Shown here in pieces: positions 1 to 10,410 of a stretch of 32,000 bases of DNA (position 1 is the stretch's first letter; each line of letters begins with the position of its first letter). A program made the translations under genes and the position numbers. The stretch lies in the NCBI RefSeq assembly GCF_000091665.1, contig NC_000909.1, positions 1,026,629 through 1,058,628 of the forward strand. Direction: 5' to 3'. This DNA is from Methanocaldococcus jannaschii DSM 2661 (GTDB lineage: Archaea; AGJL01; Methanococci; Methanococcales; Methanocaldococcaceae). The notes beneath the pieces were generated by a model that worked only from the letters and a program-made list of their open reading frames with translations, searched no databases and had not been told where the DNA came from.

Positions 1-2
1 AA

Positions 3-503
3 ATCCAAGGTAAGGCAAGCATTACAGACACTTCGACAATAACGTATAAAGGTATCTTAGAAATAAAAAACAACAAGTTTAGAAAAATTAAAGGAGAGTT
101 TGAAGAATTTTTAAAAAATTGCAAGTTTTTAATTGTTTATGCTGAAAAAAGGAAGAAAAAAACTGCTGAGTTAGTTAATGAAGTTGCCAAGATTGAAAAT
201 AAAGATGAGATATTTAAAGAGATAGACAAAGTTATTGATGAAGCTTTAAAAATCAAAAATAAAGAAGATTTTGGGAAATTGATGACTAAAAACCACGAGT
301 TGTTAAAAAAGCTAAATATCTCAACACCAAAACTTGATAGAATTGTAGATATTGGGAATAGATTTGGTTTTGGGGCAAAATTAACTGGAGCTGGAGGGGG
401 AGGATGTGTAATAATCTTAGTTAATGAAGAAAAAGAGAAAGAGCTTTTAAAAGAACTAAATAAAGAAGATGTAAGGATTTTTAACTGCAGAATGATGAAT
501 TAA
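3..503 (+). CDS. mvk: Mevalonate kinase (GHMP kinase family), C-terminal part, 5'-truncated by the window edge
   Basis: Frame is open from position 3 through the track ORF 279-503. It reads IQGKASITDTSTITYKG...KLTGAGGGGCVIIL, with a GHMP-kinase C-terminal glycine motif. Confidence 0.85.
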   Translation: MQGKASITDTSTITYKGILEIKNNKFRKIKGEFEEFLKNCKFLIVYAEKRKKKTAELVNEVAKIENKDEIFKEIDKVIDEALKIKNKEDFGKLMTKNHELLKKLNISTPKLDRIVDIGNRFGFGAKLTGAGGGGCVIILVNEEKEKELLKELNKEDVRIFNCRMMN

Positions 504-504
504 A

Positions 505-1344
505 TTAACATTTCTCTTTTAGATAATTTACAATATTCCTCCTAACCTCTCCAATTGTAAATCCCCATTCAATTGGAATATTATCCTTTTTATTTAAAAT
601 TTCAATTAAATGAGCTACCCTTGGTAATCTTAAATTTGCCTTTCTTATAGTCTCAACATCGCTAAAAACTTCTTTTGGTGTTCCCTCCTTCAAAATTTTT
701 CCATCATACATAACATAAACTTTGTCAGCATAGACAGGAACTAAATCTACATCATGCGTTGAGATTATTATGGTCATGCCCTTTTTATTCAAATCGTATA
801 GAAGTTTCATTATTTTTGATGCTCCAACAGGGTCTAAGCCAGCTGTTGGTTCATCCAAAACAATAACCTCAGGCTGCATAGCTAAAATACCTGCTATAGC
901 CACTCTCTTTTTTTGTCCTCCACTTAAATGATGAGGAGGTTTATTTTCAAAACCTTCCATTCCTACAGCTTTTAACGCCTCTTTAACTCTCTTCTCAACT
1001 TCTTCTTTAGGCAAGCCAAGATTTAAAGGTCCAAATGCCACGTCCTCCTTAACTGTAGGGGCGAATATCTGATCATCGGGATTCTGAAACACCAATCCAA
1101 CCGTCTTTCTAACTTCCACCAAGCTTTTTTTATCATATTTTATTGGCTTGCCTTTTATTAAAACCTCTCCTTTTGTAGGTCTTAGAATTCCATTGAAGTG
1201 TAAAAATAAGGTTGATTTTCCAGCTCCATTAGGGCCGAGTAAAGAGACCATTTCTCCTTTTTTTACTTTAAAATTTATTCCTTTTAAAACCGCTGTTCCA
1301 TCAGGATATCTAAAATATAAATCCTTTGTTTCAACTATATACAT
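505..1344 (-). CDS. cbiO: Cobalt/nickel ECF transporter ATPase CbiO
   Basis: Walker A GPLGAGKST-type motif (GPNGAGKSTLF), signature LSGGQKKRVAIAG, Walker B VIVLDEPTAGLD; directly downstream of cbiQ/N/M. Confidence 0.95.
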   Translation of the reverse strand: MYIVETKDLYFRYPDGTAVLKGINFKVKKGEMVSLLGPNGAGKSTLFLHFNGILRPTKGEVLIKGKPIKYDKKSLVEVRKTVGLVFQNPDDQIFAPTVKEDVAFGPLNLGLPKEEVEKRVKEALKAVGMEGFENKPPHHLSGGQKKRVAIAGILAMQPEVIVLDEPTAGLDPVGASKIMKLLYDLNKKGMTIIISTHDVDLVPVYADKVYVMYDGKILKEGTPKEVFSDVETIRKANLRLPRVAHLIEILNKKDNIPIEWGFTIGEVRRNIVNYLKEKC

Positions 1345-1353
1345 TTATTCCAC

Positions 1354-2160
1354 CTAAATTTTTATGTATGATGTTAGTGTAAAGTCCTTTGTTAAATAAG
1401 CCAATATTATTAAAAATATATCGAATATTGCAATGAATAAGATATATTTAATTGAGGGATTTTCAATTGTTTGCAATAACTTTATTTTTCCATCATAACA
1501 TCTTGACATCATTGTAATATTTAGTTTTTCTCCCTTTTCCCATGCTCTAATAAACAAATGAGCGGCTAAGGCACCAAGAGATTTGTATGTTGATTTTAAG
1601 TTTGAGGTTCCTAATCTTGATTCCTGAGCAAATTTCATCTTTTCATATTCTTCATATAAAACAAAGATGTATCTATATATAAGCATCATCATATCAACTA
1701 AAACATCGGGCATCTTCAACTCTCTAAATATATAAAATAATTCAACCATTGGTGTTGTAAAAGCCAAAAATAACATGCTACTAACTCCACCAAGCATTCT
1801 TCCAAATAATAAAAGTCCTAATTCAATCCCATCTTTATACACAGGAATTTCAAAGCCAAAAACATTTATTTTAAACCATTCAACTGTCCCAAATAAAAAT
1901 GCAAATATTACTAAATTTAATATACCGAATCCAAGAGGAATACCTACAAACACGGCATAAATCTTCTTTGGGACTTTTGCTTTAAACAGTAGTAGTATTG
2001 AATTTATAAAAAATATTATTAATGGAACTATAAACGAAGTTGAAAAAACAGATATTAAAAGTAAAGATAGGGCAAATATAACCTTTAATTTTGGATTAAC
2101 ATGCCTCAATTTGTTACTAAAAGCAACATTATCAACAATGTTATGCTTCATAAAACCCAC
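1354..2160 (-). CDS. cbiQ: Cobalt/nickel ECF transporter transmembrane protein CbiQ
   Basis: Multi-TM protein with the EAA-like EKLNITMMSRCYDG segment; located between cbiO and cbiN. Confidence 0.92.
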   Translation of the reverse strand: MGFMKHNIVDNVAFSNKLRHVNPKLKVIFALSLLLISVFSTSFIVPLIIFFINSILLLFKAKVPKKIYAVFVGIPLGFGILNLVIFAFLFGTVEWFKINVFGFEIPVYKDGIELGLLLFGRMLGGVSSMLFLAFTTPMVELFYIFRELKMPDVLVDMMMLIYRYIFVLYEEYEKMKFAQESRLGTSNLKSTYKSLGALAAHLFIRAWEKGEKLNITMMSRCYDGKIKLLQTIENPSIKYILFIAIFDIFLIILAYLTKDFTLTSYIKI

Positions 2161-2200
2161 CTTTAAATTTTAAAATTTAAAAAAGTAAAAAATTAAAGAA

Positions 2201-2488
2201 TTAAGCAGCTACTTGTCTTTTTGCGTTGTAATAGCCGATATAGTAACCGATAATTATTGCTCCAATAGCTGCTTGTAAAGCAAACAATAAACTTTCAATT
2301 TCTCCGCTTGGTGGTTCCCATATTGGATGGAACCATGGTTTATATCCTAATTCCTCCACAACTTCACAACCCTGGTCGTCAGAACCACCAAAGTATCCTT
2401 CTTCTTCACCTTTACCTGCATAGATTATTAAAGGTAAGGCAATAATTATTGCAACTATTGCCAATAAAATTATATGTTTTGTTTCCAT
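2201..2488 (-). CDS. cbiN: Cobalt transport protein CbiN
   Basis: 95-aa two-TM protein containing ...EEGYFGGSDDQGCEVVEELGYKPWF..., adjacent to cbiM. Confidence 0.93.
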   Translation of the reverse strand: METKHIILLAIVAIIIALPLIIYAGKGEEEGYFGGSDDQGCEVVEELGYKPWFHPIWEPPSGEIESLLFALQAAIGAIIIGYYIGYYNAKRQVAA

Positions 2489-3190
2489 TTACTCACCTCC
2501 TGCAGGAGAGGGGGTTAAATATGGTTTTAACTCCTCTTCTGGAACTACTCCTAACTTCAACAATAAGTCAGGTCTTAATTTCTTAATGTAGTCCCATATT
2601 ATAACTGTCAATATACCTTCTGCAATTGCCAATGGAACTTGTGTATATGCATAAATTACAATGAATTTTGTAAATGCCGCTGTGAATGAAGGGATTGGGA
2701 ATGCAAGTGCTAACTGAACAGCAGTTGTGACATAAGTTAGCCAGTCTCCAAACAATGCCGCGAAGAATATTCCAACTGTAGAGCTTAAACCTGCCTTCAT
2801 ACATAATCTATATACAATCACTGCGGCGGCAGGTCCAACAATACCCATTGAGAAATCGTTAGCTCCAAGTGTTGTTAAACCTCCATGAGCTAAGAATAAC
2901 GCTTGGAACAATAGAACAATAGCCGCTAACACAGCAGTTATTGGAACACCGAATAACACTGCCCCTAAACCGTTACCACATGGGTGAGAACAACTTCCAG
3001 TAACTGATGGCATCTTTAAGGAACTCAATATAAACATGTATGCCCCAGATATTGCAACTAATGGCTTCATTTCTGGACTTTCTTCAAGTAGTTTTTTTAA
3101 TTTAACAATACCGTAGGCAATTACAATACCTGAGAGAACCCACCAAACTGCACACCACATTGGTGGGAGATATCCCTCCATTATGTGCAA
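2489..3190 (-). CDS. cbiM: Cobalt/nickel transport protein CbiM
   Basis: N-terminal MHIMEGYLPP motif and SGSCSHPCGNGLGAVLFG-like core; first gene of the cbiMNQO cluster. Confidence 0.95.
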   Translation of the reverse strand: MHIMEGYLPPMWCAVWWVLSGIVIAYGIVKLKKLLEESPEMKPLVAISGAYMFILSSLKMPSVTGSCSHPCGNGLGAVLFGVPITAVLAAIVLLFQALFLAHGGLTTLGANDFSMGIVGPAAAVIVYRLCMKAGLSSTVGIFFAALFGDWLTYVTTAVQLALAFPIPSFTAAFTKFIVIYAYTQVPLAIAEGILTVIIWDYIKKLRPDLLLKLGVVPEEELKPYLTPSPAGGE

Positions 3191-3397
3191 GTTATCACCC
3201 CTGAATATAATTCAAAAAAACTTAACACATTTATAGTACTCTTTATCTTATATAAATTTAACGGTATTTTATTATTAATAAAATAAACTTTAATTTTGTT
3301 ACTATTAATGAGTTATTTTGTTTTTTTCATATTTTTTATTACTTATTTAAATTAAAGACATTTTTAATAATGATTAATTTTTCTTTTTTAGTAATAA

Positions 3398-3440
3398 ACT
3401 ATTTAAATAGTAAGGCAACTTAGGTAATATTAAGTATTAC
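3398..3440. promoter_or_regulatory. Candidate operator(s) between divergent metal-transport genes
   Basis: Perfect 14-bp palindrome ACTATTTAAATAGT (3398-3411), plus GTAATA-TTAAG-TATTAC (3424-3440) with 6-bp arms, just upstream of the 3472 start. Confidence 0.35.
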
Positions 3441-3471
3441 TAAAAATAAAGATATATAAAAAGTAGTTATT

Positions 3472-4116
3472 ATGGTGATGATTATGGAACTTTTATACGC
3501 AATCACTGCATTCATACTCGGAATGTTGCATGCTTTAGAGCCAGGACATGGAAAAAGTGTTGTTGCCGCCTATATATTGGGAACTAAAGCAGATTTAAAA
3601 GATGCCATCCTATTAGGAACTACAATAACCATATCCCACACAGCAGTAATATTTTTATTAGGAATCTTATCAATTTATTTATTGGAGAGCTTAAATGTTG
3701 ATGTAGTTCATGATATGATGAGCGTTGTTGGAGGTTTAATATTAATTGCCGTAGGAATTTGGATAATAAGAAGTTATCTTCACCCACATGAACATAAAGT
3801 AGATACAAAAAAGGGAGTTATCACTTTAGGATTATCTGCTGGCTTAGTTCCATGCCCAGCAGCTTTAGCGGTTTTATTATTATCAATATCATCAGGAAAT
3901 TTAATTGATGGCTTAATTTATGTTGCGATATTTAGCATTGGGCTGGCAATCTCATTAACTGGCTTAGCAGTTGCCTTTGTTGAAAGTAAGGAATTGATTA
4001 AAAAATATGTTGGAAATAGAAAAGTATCAAAACTTCCTCTAATAAGTGGCAGCATTATAATATTGATTGGATTATATACTATAGCCCATCCAATTCTTGA
4101 ACATGCGATTGTTTAA
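3472..4116 (+). CDS. NicO/RcnA-like Ni/Co transporter family membrane protein
   Basis: HALEPGHGKSV, TTITISHTAVIFLLG, His-rich HPHEHK loop and VPCPAALAVLLL segments, typical of the family; divergent from cbiM. Confidence 0.8.
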   Translation: MVMIMELLYAITAFILGMLHALEPGHGKSVVAAYILGTKADLKDAILLGTTITISHTAVIFLLGILSIYLLESLNVDVVHDMMSVVGGLILIAVGIWIIRSYLHPHEHKVDTKKGVITLGLSAGLVPCPAALAVLLLSISSGNLIDGLIYVAIFSIGLAISLTGLAVAFVESKELIKKYVGNRKVSKLPLISGSIIILIGLYTIAHPILEHAIV

Positions 4117-4247
4117 TTGTTTATCTATTTTTTATTTTAGAAATACAAATTTGTATATTCAAATGTATATTAGAAATTGCATAGATTAATATATGTCCTT
4201 TTCCAATTTAGTAATGTTCAAAAAATGAAAATTTATGCAGTGATATT

Positions 4248-5150
4248 ATGGACAAAAATAAAATGTCAAAATTTGCCCATATAACAAAAGTTCATCCCTG
4301 CTTTAACGAAAAAATTCACGATAAAGTTGGAAGGGTTCATCTCCCAGTTGCTCCAAGATGTAATATTGCATGTAAGTTCTGCAGAAGGAGTTTGGGCAAA
4401 GAAGCATGTGAGCATAGACCAGGTGTGGCTTTATCAGTATTAAAACCAGAAGATGTTGAAAGTTATTTAAACAAGGTGTTGAAAGAGATTCCAAACATTA
4501 AGGTTGTTGGTATTGCTGGACCTGGAGATAGTTTATTTAATAAAGAGACATTTGAGACCTTAAAAATTATTGATGAAAAGTTCCCAAACCTTATAAAATG
4601 CCTCTCTACAAACGGTTTGCTTTTAAATAAATACTATAAAAAATTGGCTGATTTAAATGTAAAGACAGTTACTGTAACTGTGAATGCTATAGACCCAGAG
4701 ATTTTGAAGGAAATAGTTGAATGGGTTTATTATGATAAAAAAGTCCATTATGGGATTGAAGGGGCAAAGATATTGATAGAGAATCAAATAGATGGGATAA
4801 AAAAAGCTTATGATGAAGATTTAATAATAAAGATTAATACCGTCTTAATTCCAGAGATAAATATGAATCATGTGGTAGATATAGCTAAAGAGTTGAAGGA
4901 TTTTGTTTATATACAAAATATCATCCCTCTAATCCCCCTATATAAAATGAGCCATTTAAGACCTCCAACATGTGAAGAGCTAAAAAAAGTTAGAGAGGAA
5001 TGTGAAAAATACATTCCACAGTTTAGAGCTTGTGGGCAGTGCAGAGCTGATGCAGTTGGTTTAATAAAAGAGAGGAAAATATTAGAAGAGTTCTTTAAAG
5101 AAAAAAACAAAAAACTCAATGTTTTTGAATTAAAGCACTTTTCTCATTAA
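4248..5150 (+). CDS. nifB: NifB-like radical SAM protein
   Basis: HLPVAPRCNIACKFCRRS (CX3CX2C radical SAM motif), GIAGPGDSL, CGQCRADAVG; strong resemblance to the NifB core. Confidence 0.88.
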   Translation: MDKNKMSKFAHITKVHPCFNEKIHDKVGRVHLPVAPRCNIACKFCRRSLGKEACEHRPGVALSVLKPEDVESYLNKVLKEIPNIKVVGIAGPGDSLFNKETFETLKIIDEKFPNLIKCLSTNGLLLNKYYKKLADLNVKTVTVTVNAIDPEILKEIVEWVYYDKKVHYGIEGAKILIENQIDGIKKAYDEDLIIKINTVLIPEINMNHVVDIAKELKDFVYIQNIIPLIPLYKMSHLRPPTCEELKKVREECEKYIPQFRACGQCRADAVGLIKERKILEEFFKEKNKKLNVFELKHFSH

Positions 5151-5192
5151 TTAGTGTCTTTCAAAAGTAATTAAAAATAATAATGAAAATTT

Positions 5193-5217
5193 GAACGTCT
5201 TCTATAAGAAGGCGTTC
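5193..5217. repeat. Dispersed 25-nt hairpin repeat, copy 1 (GAACGTCTTC-TATAA-GAAGGCGTTC)
   Basis: 10-bp stem with one wobble; flanks gtctttcaaaagta and cattaa are shared with the copy at 13807. Confidence 0.85.
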
Positions 5218-5263
5218 ATTAAGTCCATACTTAATCCAAAATATTTTGAAATATACTAAAATT

Positions 5264-6421
5264 TTAATAATAAAGCTTTTTAACCCTTTCAAAAGCTCTT
5301 CTTGATAATCTATCCCTATCTATGGTGTAAACTTCCATTTTTGGGATTATTACTCTTACAGCATCTACCCCAACCTTATTTAAATCTACATATATCAATT
5401 TATCAAATCCAAATTCTGAAAGTTTATCTTTTATAAACTTTAAATCCTTCTTTAAATCATATCTTGCATTGTTTGGCATATCTGCAATATTTATCTCCCC
5501 CTCAAACTCAAACCACTTTCTATGTATTCTTTTCAATCTCTCATAAGGAATTTTTGATGTAAATTCTTCTCTCAATTTAGCGTCTCTCCTAAACCCGTGT
5601 AATTGAGAGGCTCTACTTTGAGCCACTTCAGTCAAAGCTCTCAAAATAGCTATCTCTGGATGTAAGTGGCATCCAACACCAACACACAGCATTAGAGGGT
5701 TTTTACTTAAATCATCACTTATTGCAGCAACAACTGGAATCTCAAACTCTGATGTTAAATCCTTTAAAATTATCTTAACACCAGCTTTTTCATATTTCTC
5801 AATCAATTCATGGATTAATGGGTTTTTTGCATCTTCAGGATTTATCTTTGTTGGGATTTTTCTTGCTAAATCTGCCAAACTCCATGCATCCCTTTCAATA
5901 ATCTCCAGAGTAGCATGTAAAATTGCCTCATCTAAGTTGTTTCCACTTGCTAAGCCGTTAGTGTTGCCTCTAAATAATTTTCCAGATGTTGGGTAGAAAA
6001 CAGCGTCTGCTGGGACATCTATAGTTTCATTATTTATGATATCAATCCCTTCAACCCATTCTTTAACATTTTTATCTGCATATTGGGGCAATATTAAATC
6101 TTCAACATTTATTGGATTATCTGGCTTTTCTTTAACTTTATTTTTATCATAACTTGCTGAAAACCTCTCTATCGCCTCCATGCATGCAGAGACCTTTGCC
6201 TGGATATCATTAGCCCCCTTTCCATAGTGTATGGCTATTCCCTCTTTCCCATCTACAACAACTCTCCTTTTTAAATAATAGACAGGGATATTTACTTTAT
6301 CTAAATGCTGTATATTTTTAATTTCTACTGTCTCAATCTTTTTCAATGCCTCTTGAATTTTTTCAAATGTCTCTTCTGGGGAGCAAATTCTATAACTTGC
6401 TAATTTATATTTTATATCCAT
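5264..6421 (-). CDS. ycaO: YcaO-domain protein
   Basis: [66 protein letters not shown]: YcaO ATP-binding motifs. Confidence 0.9.
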
Positions 6422-6454
6422 ACTAAAAACCTCTAAGATTTTTAAATTATTTAA

Positions 6455-7726
6455 TTAAATTAAATCTATTAACTGTATTGGCTTACTTAAATGCCTTCGT
6501 GCAGAGCCAGGCACTTCATAAAATCCAGTTTTTAAATCTCTCTCAACCTCTATCATTTTAATTTCATCATAGGCAATAGTTTTTTTACATTTTTTGCATT
6601 TGTATCCAGCTTTTTTACCCTTTGCTTTTAACGTGCCTCCACAGTATGGGCATCTCTTATCTTTAACAAATTTCTTCTCCAACTTTAAGATTTTTATTTT
6701 TTCAATATTTATCCCTAATGGCTTCTCCCTCACAGTTCCATAAACAGCTATGTAATCACCAACTATCAGCTTTCTTATAATATCTCTAAATCCTTTTGTT
6801 GGTTCATAAGCCATACAATCGATTTCTCCAGTTCCATCTGAGAGTTTAAATATTACATGTCCTCCCTCTATATCTCTCGGCTCCTCTACAACTCTTCCAT
6901 AAACAATAACTCCAGTGTTTGGGTAGATGTCTTTAATATTCATCTTCCTTAAATGCACGTCGGTTCCATGATTTGTTTTAAAAATCATAAATCTTTCAGG
7001 TTTTTCTCCTTCAATTTTATGCATGGCCTTTAATAGGATTTCAGCATCAATTCCTCTAATTCCAAATAAAACAGGGCATGGTGTGTTTGGAGCTATTAAG
7101 ATTTTTTCATTCTCATAATCATAGTTGTCAAAGGTATAAGGAAAAGTTTCCTTATCCATTTCTATGACACTTTTTTCATCAATCTCTCTCTTTTTTCCCC
7201 ACATCTCTTTTTTTCTATAAGCTAAAAGCTCATATGTGTATGGGGGAGTTGATGATATAGCCCCCAAAGCTCCAATTATACCCCTCCCTAACTTATATTT
7301 TATAAACTCCCCTCCAACTTTTAAGATAAATTTTTCAGCATAATCAACGCTAACTATGTCATAAAGAACTTTTTTGTAATAGTTGGTAAGTTTTTCTCTA
7401 TTTTCTTTGTATTTTGCTTCGTCTAAAAATACAATGCCTGGGTTTGTATTTTCACATTCAAAATCTGTATATTTCTCAACCAAACTAATGGTTATATTTT
7501 TAATCTCCTCTTTATCTTTTGAATATAACTCATCTAATATATGTATTGCCACTCCTCCGTTACCTCTTGTCTTATATTTGACCATTGGATTCATTCTGAT
7601 GAGTTTTGGCATATCTACGCTATAGCCACAACCTTTTAACTCCTCTATTAATAATGTCGCTATATAAGTAGTGCAGTATTTATTTGGGCTGTCTGTATCA
7701 TCAATGCCAATAAACATCATAACCAC
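6455..7726 (-). CDS. tiaS: tRNA(Ile2) 2-agmatinylcytidine synthetase TiaS
   Basis: FIGIDDTDSPNKYCTTY N-terminus, HRIEGEKPERFMIFKTNHGTDVH-like core, OB-fold region and C-terminal Zn ribbon (CPYCGG...CKKC). The true start may be a few codons inside. Confidence 0.92.
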   Translation of the reverse strand: MVMMFIGIDDTDSPNKYCTTYIATLLIEELKGCGYSVDMPKLIRMNPMVKYKTRGNGGVAIHILDELYSKDKEEIKNITISLVEKYTDFECENTNPGIVFLDEAKYKENREKLTNYYKKVLYDIVSVDYAEKFILKVGGEFIKYKLGRGIIGALGAISSTPPYTYELLAYRKKEMWGKKREIDEKSVIEMDKETFPYTFDNYDYENEKILIAPNTPCPVLFGIRGIDAEILLKAMHKIEGEKPERFMIFKTNHGTDVHLRKMNIKDIYPNTGVIVYGRVVEEPRDIEGGHVIFKLSDGTGEIDCMAYEPTKGFRDIIRKLIVGDYIAVYGTVREKPLGINIEKIKILKLEKKFVKDKRCPYCGGTLKAKGKKAGYKCKKCKKTIAYDEIKMIEVERDLKTGFYEVPGSARRHLSKPIQLIDLI

Positions 7727-7787
7727 CTTTAAGTTATTACGAAGTGTGGCAAATTACTTATAGAAGTCTGTTTATAATTTATTATTT

Positions 7788-8191
7788 GGGTTTTAGGATT
7801 TTTAATTTTGTTGTTTGGTTAATGGATTGTCTTGTTGAATATGTTTGGATTTTGAAAATAAGAGTATTTAGAATTTATTAATTAGTTCAAAGGATTTTTA
7901 TTTAATTTCTAAGGGTTAGCTGGTTTGATTGTTTAAAATATTTGAGTTTATTGAATTATTCAGATTTTTAAAAATTAGGATTAATTAGGTAAGTAAATAA
8001 GATTTCTCTAACAGACAAGTTAAATTTTTGAATTTAAGGAGATAAAAATACTCTGTTTTAGTAAAGAGATAAAATTTTAAATACTAAAAGGTTTATATTG
8101 TAAGATGGTTATTTATCCTTAGAAAAATATGGTATAGAAAAGCTTAAATATTAAGAGTGATGAAGTATATTATGTTGTGAATGATTGCCCT
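7788..8191 (+). promoter_or_regulatory. CRISPR array 1 leader
   Basis: Near-identical to the sequence at about 22347-22750 preceding array 2, ending in the same TGTTGTGAATGATTGCCCT. A TATA-like tttatatt sits at 8092-8099. Confidence 0.85.
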
Positions 8192-9125
8192 GTTAAAATC
8201 AGACCTCTTGGAGGATGGAAATCCTTTATATTTCTCTTTCAAATAATCAACCCTTTTTAAACCTAGTTAAAATCAGACCTCTTGGAGGATGGAAATGAGC
8301 TTTTTATTATCAGATATAGTTAGAGAGTTATTTGTTAAAATCAGACCTCTTGGAGGATGGAAATAAAGAATAAAATCTCGTTTTTAGTGCTATTTATTGA
8401 GTTAAAATCAGACCTCTTGGAGGATGGAAATACTGCTTGGGGAGATGCTGAGAGAAAAGCAATGAAAGATGGTTAAAATCAGACCTCTTGGAGGATGGAA
8501 ATTCATATAAAAATTCATCACTATATTTTTCAATTAAATGTTAAAATCAGACCTCTTGGAGGATGGAAATTTAACAGTATATTCAAACCGTGAATATTCC
8601 GTTTCATCAAATGTTAAAATCAGACCTCTTTGAGGATGGAAATCTTTTTTACAGTTGTATATCGATAGATTTAAATTTAGTTAAAATCAGACCTCTTGGA
8701 GGATGGAAATTTGAATCCTGTTTTTTTAAGTTCTTCTATGAATATGTTAAAATCAGACCTCTTGGAGGATGGAAATGGGGGTCTTTGAAATTAAGAGGGT
8801 GGGGCGTGGAATTCAGTTAAAATCAGACCTCTTGGAGGATGGAAATTTTTTCTACAGTTGTAGGTAATGCAGATTTGTTTATTCCTTTATTTGTTAAAAT
8901 CAGACCTCTTGGAGGATGGAAATATTCTGATTTTCAATTTATGTTCAGCTCTTAATTTCATGTTAAAATCAGACCTCTTGGAGGATGGAAACTTTATTTT
9001 TTAACCTTCTCCGCCTCCTCTGGAGAGGATTAAAATCAGACCGTTTCGGAATGGAAATAAAATTGAGAGATTATTAGAGGAATTATATCCAGATGATTAA
9101 AATCAGACCGATTCGGAATGGAAAC
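8192..9125 (+). CRISPR. CRISPR array 1: 14 repeats, 13 spacers. Main repeat GTTAAAATCAGACCTCTTGGAGGATGGAAAT (31 nt); the last two repeats are of ATTAAAATCAGACCG(T/A)TTCGGAATGGAAA(T/C) type
   Basis: Repeat starts at 8192, 8266, 8334, 8401, 8472, 8540, 8613, 8680, 8746, 8816, 8893, 8962, 9029 and 9096, with unique spacers of about 35-46 nt. Confidence 0.98.
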
Positions 9126-9219
9126 TTGTTGTAGTGGTAGCAATTATAAAATAGGAGTTATTTTCTTAATATTGAAGATAAAATATACTTAATACATCGC
9201 CAAAAAATATTAAAAATAA

Positions 9220-10245
9220 TTATGGATTTAACCCTACATCAAATAACCCCTCTTTTTCATCAAATCCAAACATTATATTCATGTTTTGTATTGCTTGCCC
9301 ACTCGCTCCTTTAACTAAATTATCTATTGCTGAGATAACTACCAATCTACCATGCTCATCAATCTCAAATCCTCCGATATCACAGAAGTTTGTTCCTCTA
9401 ACCCATGTTAATTTTGGAATCTCTTCTGAAAATATCCTAACAAAAACCTCACTCCCATAGAATTTTTCATAAATCTTAATTATCTCCTCTCTATCAACAT
9501 CTTTAGCTAAGAATGTGTGTGCAGTTGTTAAAATTCCTCTTGTTATTGGAGCTAAGTGAGGAGTGAATGAAACCTTAGCCTTTCCAAGCTTTTTTAACTC
9601 CTTCTCAATCTCTGGAGTGTGTCTGTGGGTTGTTATTTTGTATGGGTTTATATTTTCATTTACATTTGGGAAGTGGGTTGTTTCCGTTGGCTTTATTCCA
9701 GCTCCACTAACTCCCGTTTTTGAATCAAATATAATCCTTTCCTCTATAATATTCTCTTTAACTAATGGAGCTACTGCCAAAATAGCTCCAGTTGGGAAAC
9801 ATCCAGGATTTGCTACAAGTTGAGCTTCTTTTATTTCCTCTCTATGTAATTCTGGCAATCCATAAGCAATTTTTACATCAGGTAATCCTTTATGTTTTAT
9901 CTTATAGTATTTTTCATACAAGCTTAAATCCTCAAATCTATAATCTCCACTTAAGTCAATAACTTTCATCCCTCTCTCAATAAAATCTGGAACTATATCC
10001 ATTGAAGCTCCGTGTGGAGTTGCAGTAAATACCAAATAAGCATCAACCTTATCAATATCTCCAGTAAAACATAGGTTTTTATACTTTTCAATACCTTTTA
10101 AATGAGGATGAACTTTAAAAACATGCTTTCCAGCTTCTTTTCTTGAGGTTATATATGTTACATTAACTTTTTCATGATTTGCTAATAATCTCAATAACTC
10201 TGCCCCAGTATAGCCAGTAGCCCCAATTATAGCAACTTCTTTCAT
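9220..10245 (-). CDS. argC: N-acetyl-gamma-glutamyl-phosphate reductase
   Basis: [38 protein letters not shown]. The track ORF extends to 10347, but the conserved N-terminus starts at the internal ATG (10245). Confidence 0.95.
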   Translation of the reverse strand: MKEVAIIGATGYTGAELLRLLANHEKVNVTYITSRKEAGKHVFKVHPHLKGIEKYKNLCFTGDIDKVDAYLVFTATPHGASMDIVPDFIERGMKVIDLSGDYRFEDLSLYEKYYKIKHKGLPDVKIAYGLPELHREEIKEAQLVANPGCFPTGAILAVAPLVKENIIEERIIFDSKTGVSGAGIKPTETTHFPNVNENINPYKITTHRHTPEIEKELKKLGKAKVSFTPHLAPITRGILTTAHTFLAKDVDREEIIKIYEKFYGSEVFVRIFSEEIPKLTWVRGTNFCDIGGFEIDEHGRLVVISAIDNLVKGASGQAIQNMNIMFGFDEKEGLFDVGLNP

Positions 10246-10410
10246 CCTTTCACCAATTTTCTTTTTATTATTAGGATTTTCTTTGGGAATAAATATCCTA
10301 ATTAATATTAATAATATTTCCAGACTTAACTTAATTATAATTCTCAATGTATAATTTAAGATTTTTTATAAAACCTTTGAACGAACCTTATAGTAAGAGG
10401 AATATAATGA

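Noticed and set aside
1148-3050. Short antisense ORFs inside the cbi genes (1148-1357, 1775-1960, 2583-2804)
   Set aside because: They lie opposite well-supported cbiO, cbiQ and cbiM and show no independent family features.
5193-5217. Interpretation of the 25-nt hairpin as a transcription terminator between convergent genes
   Set aside because: The same hairpin and flanks occur in a divergent intergenic region (13807-13831), where a terminator role is not expected. Kept as a dispersed repeat instead.
4303-7625. Antisense ORFs 4303-4494, 4907-5119 and 7383-7625
   Set aside because: They overlap nifB and tiaS on the opposite strand; AT-rich shadow ORFs.
8590-8820. 76-aa ORF within CRISPR array 1, including the repeated peptide [10 protein letters not shown]
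   Set aside because: It is a translation of CRISPR repeats and spacers; the periodic peptide mirrors the 31-nt repeat.
7788-9150. Search for cas genes near the arrays
   Set aside because: All flanking genes are housekeeping (tiaS, argC, pheT, pyrE); no Cas motifs seen in this window.
9220-10347. Extended N-terminus of argC in the track ORF ([34 protein letters not shown])
   Set aside because: The conserved Rossmann start is [14 protein letters not shown] at 10245, so the extension is very likely upstream non-coding sequence.
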